A stretch of 64,000 bases of DNA, taken from assembly GCF_009914755.1 (NCBI RefSeq), contig NC_060932.1; one strand, written 5' to 3'. The translations under genes and the position numbers were made by a program. The stretch comes from the human T2T-CHM13v2.0 reference genome, Homo sapiens. Below the pieces are notes generated by a model that was not told the origin of the DNA, ran no database searches, and was given only the letters and a program-made list of their open reading frames with translations. Positions 56,745 to 64,000 of this stretch are shown in pieces; positions within the stretch are counted from its first letter, which is position 1, and each line of letters opens with the position of its first letter.

Positions 56745-57879
56745 AACTCCGTTCTTGTATTTCTTTCTAGAGGCATTTAAACCCTAACTCTGACCGTATG
56801 CACCATGGAGACAACAGAAAACTATAATTAGCCCAAATCCTAATGACCTATTATAATGAGCTTTCATGTTCCTGTGAAGCTAGACAACTTTTAACTTATT
56901 TCGTGATTTCAAGATAATACTAGTGATTATAAGGTATATCTCTATATGGTACTAATTAATATATTTAAAATGCTATGCATTTTCAAGAAAAGGTAACTTT
57001 TATTGGTGAAACATTTAGCAAAATTTGAGATTTACTCCAAATTCTAGATCTTTTTTCTTTTCTCCAAGTTAAGCATCCAAAAAAAGGTCAAAAGCTATTT
57101 AAAGCTGACACTGTAGATTGGTCTTTGAAAATATTTTAGAACTCATCATATAAATAAAAGAACATCTTATCCTTTACTGACTTACTAGTTCGTGTATATT
57201 TTACTCAAGTGCTTTAATTGTCATTGTCTAAGAGACCCAAAGAAGTAAACGTAGAGAATAAAAAGAAATAATCAGGGACAAATATAACCATGCAATATCA
57301 GGGTAATTAAAATGAGAGACTGGCATATAAAAATAAAATGTCAAATAATTTGGGAACCAGAAATTCTGAGTACTGTGATAGTGATGATCCATCTCTCTCA
57401 CCAGCATTCACATAAGGATATCATTAGTAACATGAAATATTTAGCAACAATTATATGAGTAATATGTGTATTTGAAAACTGATGACTGATGACATTTCTA
57501 TGTCTACTGTAATTATAGTAAGTTGAAAGATAGTTTTTAAGTTAGTACATTAATAAGAATCTGAAGCAAACTTGTAAGTTAACACAACTGTCATGTATAA
57601 GAAAGGAAATATGCATGAAGATGTTACCAATTGTCTTAATTTGATCATGAAAGTTCTCAAGGGAGGATGTCAACACAAAGACACTTGCACAGAGCTGTTC
57701 CAGACTTTCTGGAATGGCAAAAGAGTGGCATACAAAATCCCTGCAATAGGAAAAAGAAAAGTTGGCTACAGGACACTGAAATTACAGAACCACACCAACC
57801 ACAGGTTTTAACAAAGAAGGTACTGATTTGGTAAACCTTTCTACAATTCATGGGTGATATTCCATGAAAAGAAAAACTA

Positions 57880-58170
<291 letters not shown>

Positions 58171-58985
58171 AAAACCAAAATGGTCTTCAATAGCTTTTTT
58201 CTCTACCAGAAGCTATCTAGTAGAGTACCTATAAATTTAATCTGCAGAAGATTAATCTGCACAGGAATATAGTGTTTGCATAGATATGGTTGAAAATATT
58301 TAACTAAAGTTCCTATTAAATACAAGAATTCTGTATTGATTAACATTTCAATTTTTCCTCCTTAAAACCACTTGTTTAGCAAGAAAAAAAGGCTTACAGA
58401 AGAGTTTGGAAAAAAGGCCTCAGTTTCATCTGTTTTCAATCTCTGTTTAAGGAGATGCTAAGGATGTGTTTCATAATAAGAATCCAAGTGACAAGGAGTC
58501 AAGTCTGTAACAACTGTGTTTAGCTGTGAGAAAAAATCCAGAAGAAATGCCCATTTCCCATTCTTCAGGAAATTGTATGGGAGTACAGAAAACAGATAAA
58601 CAATATCAACTTAAGCAACGTATGTTTGAGTATATAATAATATTGGAAAAATTAAGCTTGAAATAAAAAGAAACAGAAGCAGAGAAATGAAGTAATCAGT
58701 GTGGTAAGAGTTGGGTAAAAATCTATTCCACTCAACCTCAATTATTTAGACAAGTAAGTCTGAGGAAGTTTTCAAAGTCTGAAAAAAGTCTTATGTTGAA
58801 AGAGAAGATCTTAACTTCTGGAATATGGAAAGGCATAGAGCTAGAAAAAACTACTACTTAACAAAGTTTGTCACCTGGACATGTCCTATACTTCCTAATT
58901 ATAGATCACTGGCTACGCAAGCTGGGGGACACCTAACAAGTACATCATGAAATTACCTGTATTTCTGGTCTAGTGAACTAGGGGA

Positions 58986-59169
58986 AGTGGTTCTCAAACT
59001 GTGGTCCCTAGATCAGCAGCATCAGCACAACCTGGGAACTTGTTGGCAATGCAAATCCTCTGGCTTCATCCCAGACCTACTGAATCTAGAGGCTGGGCCC
59101 GGAAATCTGTGGTTTGACAAGTTCTCCAGGTGATTCTGATGTAAGATAAGTTTGAGATCCGCTGGTCTA
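58986..59169. mobile_element. MER5A-like hAT MITE
   Basis: agtggttctcaaa...cagcagcatcagca...ccaggtgattctgatg...aagtttgaga. Confidence 0.82.
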
Positions 59170-59670
59170 AGATAATTCTGAGGAAGGCATCTAATCAGGT
59201 ATATAAGAACTATTTTTTCCTTTTCCTCCTTTTTTTTTTTTTTTCCTTAATGTATCAGGAATCTCTTTTAGCCAGAGTCACTATTAGGAAAAAGAAATAC
59301 TTGCAACTGGGAACTTCACTTTCAGGCTTAAAGCTCCTGCAGAGGAAGAAACCAAAAGATAAATGAAAACGTGATTTTGCTTTTTGCAGGGGGAGGGCAG
59401 GAAGGGGGGAAGATAGGCATTCAATTAACAAATTATCCAGTGGCTACCTTGTTTCAGGCACTCTGCAAGAAGGAAGACAAGGAAGTAGAAAAGAACTGTG
59501 AAGGTCACTAACAATTTTAACTTGGGTATCATTCAATGTAGTACTAACACAGGTTGCCAATTCCTGGTATACACATGCAGTAATATCCACATGGGCAATA
59601 AAATATTTATAGTGAAGTAACAGACCAGCAAAGCAAAAAACTATGGTTCATCCTTGATGATCAAAGGGAT

Positions 59671-59855
59671 TGGTGATTCTCCAACTTCAGTGTGTATCAG
59701 AATCACCTAGAGGGCTTATTAAAATACAGATTACTGGGTCCCACCTCCAGAGTTTCTAATTCTGTATGTTTAAGGCCCAAGAATTTTTATTTCTCATAAA
59801 TTCCCAGGTGACATTGATAGTGAAGAGAAACGACAGTTTGAGAACCACCAATCTA
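59671..59855. mobile_element. MER5A-like hAT MITE, opposite orientation to the 58986 copy
   Basis: atcagaatcacctagagggctt...ttcccaggtga...tttgagaaccac. Confidence 0.8.
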
Positions 59856-61169
59856 GGTGATGAAGCACAGTAGAATTTAAGTATTCCAGGAAGGAAATGT
59901 CTGAGGATTACCAGTACATTTCTCAAGGTGTTCATATTTATTGCACAGACTTTGTCTGTTGCCCCTCAGGGAAAAGGCAAGAGAGGGATTATGCTTTTAA
60001 ACTATGTGGTTAAACTATTTTATTTTGATAATGCATATTACATAGTCTATGTTGAATCAACCAACCTCCATTATGAAGGGTTTCCCAAACTAGAAGCCAA
60101 AACTGGCACTCAAAGATTTCCATGATTTTGTGATGACTCAAATTATAATCTTGTTTTAATGACCTATGCTGTATGGATGTATTTCTCTAAAAATTTGGGG
60201 CAGGCTCTCCTCTAGGTCCAAGGAGGATCCTGTATCTATCTAATTATATAGTCAAATGAGAGCAGACTTAAAAATAATTTACATGTTTAAAAGACTGTCC
60301 CAAGAGCCCAGGCTATGGGGAGGAGTACTTCCAGTCCAGCTGCTTTTCATCACGGGGAAAAATCAAAGTTAAGGGGCCCCCAGGGGTTAGGACTCCCTTG
60401 GTTTCTTTCCCTTTGGAGTCTAGGAGCTGCAGTACAAACAGATTGAGTTCCACAAAAAGGCCAAGGTCATCCTGGTTGCAGAGAAAGGTGAGAAACAGCT
60501 CAACTTTTCACTCAATCCTTCAGTCCTAGTCCTTCCTTCAGCTTTCTCAAAAAGGACATATTCTGACTGGCTTGACTGAAATAGACCCACTCTACCATAA
60601 AGTAAGCTAGCACAGGATAACTTGCATCTTATTCCACCAGGAAGATTACCTGGATTACCTATCCTTCTACAAATCAGCATTCTTTTTTCAGCCCAAGCAT
60701 TAAATATAACAAATGCCATCCTCTGTGTTACTGATAGCGAAAAACTGAGAATGGCAAAAAAGTCACCACTTTGCCTGCTTAAAGCCACTTGTCTTCCCTA
60801 TGCAGATATAAACAGAGAGATAATTACCTTGCCAAGGTCCTTGAAATCAGATATGGTGTTAGAAGGGTATGAAATATGGAAGATGACTGTGCTAATAGGT
60901 TGTGAAAGATGAGGACAGATCAATCATGTACAACCCCAAACTGAGTGTATTCTCTGCTCAAACAGATGGAAATTATATGCAAAAGAAGTTGGGAATTGTC
61001 ATAAAAGCACAGGGATTAGTTACTAATCTATTATGGTTATGAGGCTTTTTAAAAGACATTAGGGAAATACAAAGAAATAATCAGATGATTAAAGATAATG
61101 ACACAACTTTCAAGGGAATTAATAACTACAAGTCTTGGAAAGGAAATAATAATAAAACGACCTTATTTA

Positions 61170-61470
61170 GGCTGGGCTCAGTGGCTCACGCCTGTAATCC
61201 CACCACTTTGGGAGGCTCAGGTGGGTGGATCAACTGAGGTCAGGAGTTTGAGACCAGCCTGGCCAACACGGGGAAACCCCATCTCTACCAAAAATATAAA
61301 AACTAGCCGGGTGTGGTGGTGGGCGCCTGTAATCCCAGCTACTTAGGAAGCTGAGGCAGGAGAATTGCTTGAATCCAGGAGATGGAGGTTGCAGTGAGCC
61401 AACATGGTGCCACTTCACTCCAGCCTTGGTGACAGAGTGAGACTCCGTCTCAAAAAAAAAAAAAAAAAAG
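61170..61470 (+). mobile_element. AluS
   Basis: TSD gaccttattta at 61159-61169 and 61471-61481. Confidence 0.93.
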
Positions 61471-62615
61471 GACCTTATTTAAACCCTGAAATTGGTCATA
61501 ACTAAATATTCACACAATTCATTTTGATTAATGTAGGAAAATAGCTATATAGGTAATACATTTTTAACTAGAAATTCATAAATTTCTAACTAGGATTGAC
61601 CAATACTGAATCAACTTTTCCTCCCCCTGTGAGTTGTTTTCCGGTTAAAAACCACAAGTATTCCTCAGCTTCTCTTTCAATGTCAATGAGGTGTGCATGA
61701 CGTCATCTTGCATATAAAATATTCCTCCCATTTTAAAACATTAAACTATCTTTCTGTGTTAATTCAAAGAAGTCAACAGCTTTATTTTCCACATTTTAGT
61801 ATGAAAAACATAGCTGCTGACCATTATTCACCTTTTATGATCTGCTGAACCTAAAATTAAAAAAAGTATTACTTGATAAGGTTAAAACAAGTTATCTAAT
61901 ACTGTAATGGAGTTATGCCCAGAAAAACACTAATACACAATTATAAATTTCTAAATGTATCTAATTATACATCTTTCTCATGAAAGAGTTCACTTACACA
62001 TTTTCTTTAGGTACTTACATTAAATGTGGGGGTAACAAAGCTAACAACTAGCAATTCATGTGCCTTCTTACTAATGTCCCTATCAAGAATGAATTTTAAT
62101 ATAACTTGTCTACTTCTAACATTCATTTTAAGATTCTACCTGACTTTAGTAACAAACAGGCTTCTCAAAAATTCTTCAGAAACTGTTTGATCGTGCAATG
62201 TCAAAGTACTGCAACAAACCTGGTGGGAATTATACCAAATAGACCAACTGAAGACTTAAAAAGACTTCAAAAAAAAAAAAAAAACTGTAGGCAAAAGTTG
62301 AATATTATTGAGTCCCCAGGAGAAATAAACTGGAGTACTGGTCATAGCATTCTAGGCAGAGAATGAACTCTTGGGATGCTGCTATTCCTTTGTCAGACTA
62401 AAAATTTTAGTCCTACTTTTGAATTGTCATATTAAATACCAGATCACCAAAATAGAGTAATTTTCAGACTGCAAATTTGTACCAAGCAAAAAATTTTCCT
62501 CTAAAAAATTTAGCATAATTCAGATAGATTATTTTTAAGAGAAAATTATTTGACTTATTCACGCCATGGATAAGAGATAATATTTTTGGTGGCAGTTTGG
62601 TGAAGCCAGACCACC

Positions 62616-62930
62616 TGGTCTGTGGCTCACGCCTATAATCCCAGCATTTTGGGAGGCTGAGGCCGGTGGATCACTTGAGCTCAGGAGTTCAAGACCAGCC
62701 TGGGCAACATGGCGAAAACCTGTCTTTACAAAAAATACAAAAAAAAAAAAAAAAAAAAAAAAGGCTGGGCATGGTGGCACACCTGTATTCCCAGCTGCTC
62801 GGGATGCTGAGGTGGGAGGATTGCTTGAGCTCAGAAGGTGGCTGTTGCAATGAGCCTTGTGATCATGCCACTGCACTCCAGCCTGGGTGAGAGTGACACC
62901 CTGTCTCAAAAAACAAAACAAACAAGAAAA
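62616..62930 (+). mobile_element. AluJ with expanded middle A-tract
   Basis: Full Alu with a long A run in the linker. Confidence 0.9.
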
Positions 62931-63307
62931 CCCCCAAAACCCAAATTTTATCTGCCCCTTACTGACTGCAACGCTAGACCCATTACCTATACTTTTGTGC
63001 CTCAGTTTCTTCATACGTAAAATGGGAAAAAAATAACAGTATTTAGTAGATTAATTCAGTTAATCAACACTCTTCTGCTATATTGATTACTACAACACAC
63101 AGAACAGTGACTCATTTATGGTAAAGCGCTATATAAGTATTGGCTATTATTATTAATGTATGTTTAATCAAATAAAGAGGCATAATATTTTAATCCTCAC
63201 AGTTTAATGTTAATCATCTAACATTCCTCCATTCTTCTTCAAATAGTTATATTATTTATTGACCTGGGAAGTCTTTGTTTCTGTTTTAGCCTTAAAAGAG
63301 AACAAGC

Positions 63308-63622
63308 AGCTGGGCGCAGTGGCTCACGCCTGTAATCCCAGCACTTTGGAAGGCTGAAGTGGGAGGATCATGAGGTCAGGAGATCAAGACCATCTTGGCT
63401 AACATGGTGAAACCCCATCTCTACTAAAAATACAAAAAAAAAAATTAGCCTGGTGTGGTGGCAGGCACCTGTAATCCCAGCTACTCAGGAGGCTGAGGCA
63501 GGAGAGTGATGTGAACCCGGGAGGCGGAGCTTGTGGTGAGCCGAGATTGTGCCACTGCACTCCAGCCTGGGTGACAGAGCAAGACTCCATCTCAAAAGAA
63601 AAAAAAAAAAAAAAAAGAGAGA
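63308..63622 (+). mobile_element. AluY/Sc-like
   Basis: Flanking agagaacaagca repeat. Confidence 0.92.
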
Positions 63623-64000
63623 GAGAACAAGCATATATTAAAGTGCTTGTATTTGTACCTTGGATAAGCAGGCATGTAATACCTTAGGAAAAACTAAAAC
63701 ACTAGGTTTAACTGCTGGGAATAGGCTTGAAAGACCCATGAAAAAGACAATATTGCAGAAGACAGTCAACCAAAATAATTTATAAGCAGATTTTCCCATT
63801 TTACGTATGAAAATTTTCCATTTTACATATGAAAAAACCAAGGCACAGAAAGACACTAGGTTTAATTGATTAGCATGGGCTTGAAAGACACAAAAAATTG
63901 CATTTTCTAGAGAGAAAAATGGATTTGAGGAACTTAAAACAATTTTTTTTTCTTTTGCTGTTCACTTAAGCTGATTCTTACTCCTTGGCCAAATGTGACT

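Overview
Primate, almost certainly human, genomic DNA. It is AT-rich, CpG-depleted and dense in Alu, L1, MaLR/ERV LTR and Tigger/hAT relics. The window holds most of TEX15 (testis-expressed 15, a nuclear effector of piRNA-guided transposon silencing) on the minus strand. I reconstructed a 76-nt 5'UTR exon (55822-55747) and five small coding exons (44313-44169, 32104-31939, 24504-24267, 17060-16914, 15833-15671). A giant coding exon follows, starting at 6324 and running off the left edge. All junctions are canonical GT-AG with matching phases, giving 2391 complete codons in the window. The ORF track omits the giant exon because it has no stop inside the window. The small exons encode a TASOR-like DUF3715 pseudo-PARP domain. 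The large exon encodes a long low-complexity region, then one TEX15 repeat and the start of a second. No promoter or CpG island is visible, so the first exon is presumably right of the window. I found no new multi-gene system. The most notable sequence-level observations are a uAUG-packed 5'UTR exon, candidate short motifs and a structured island in TEX15, and several unusual retrotransposon structures. Repeat subfamily names come from recall of consensus sequences and need RepeatMasker/Dfam confirmation. Repeat boundaries are approximate unless a TSD is quoted.
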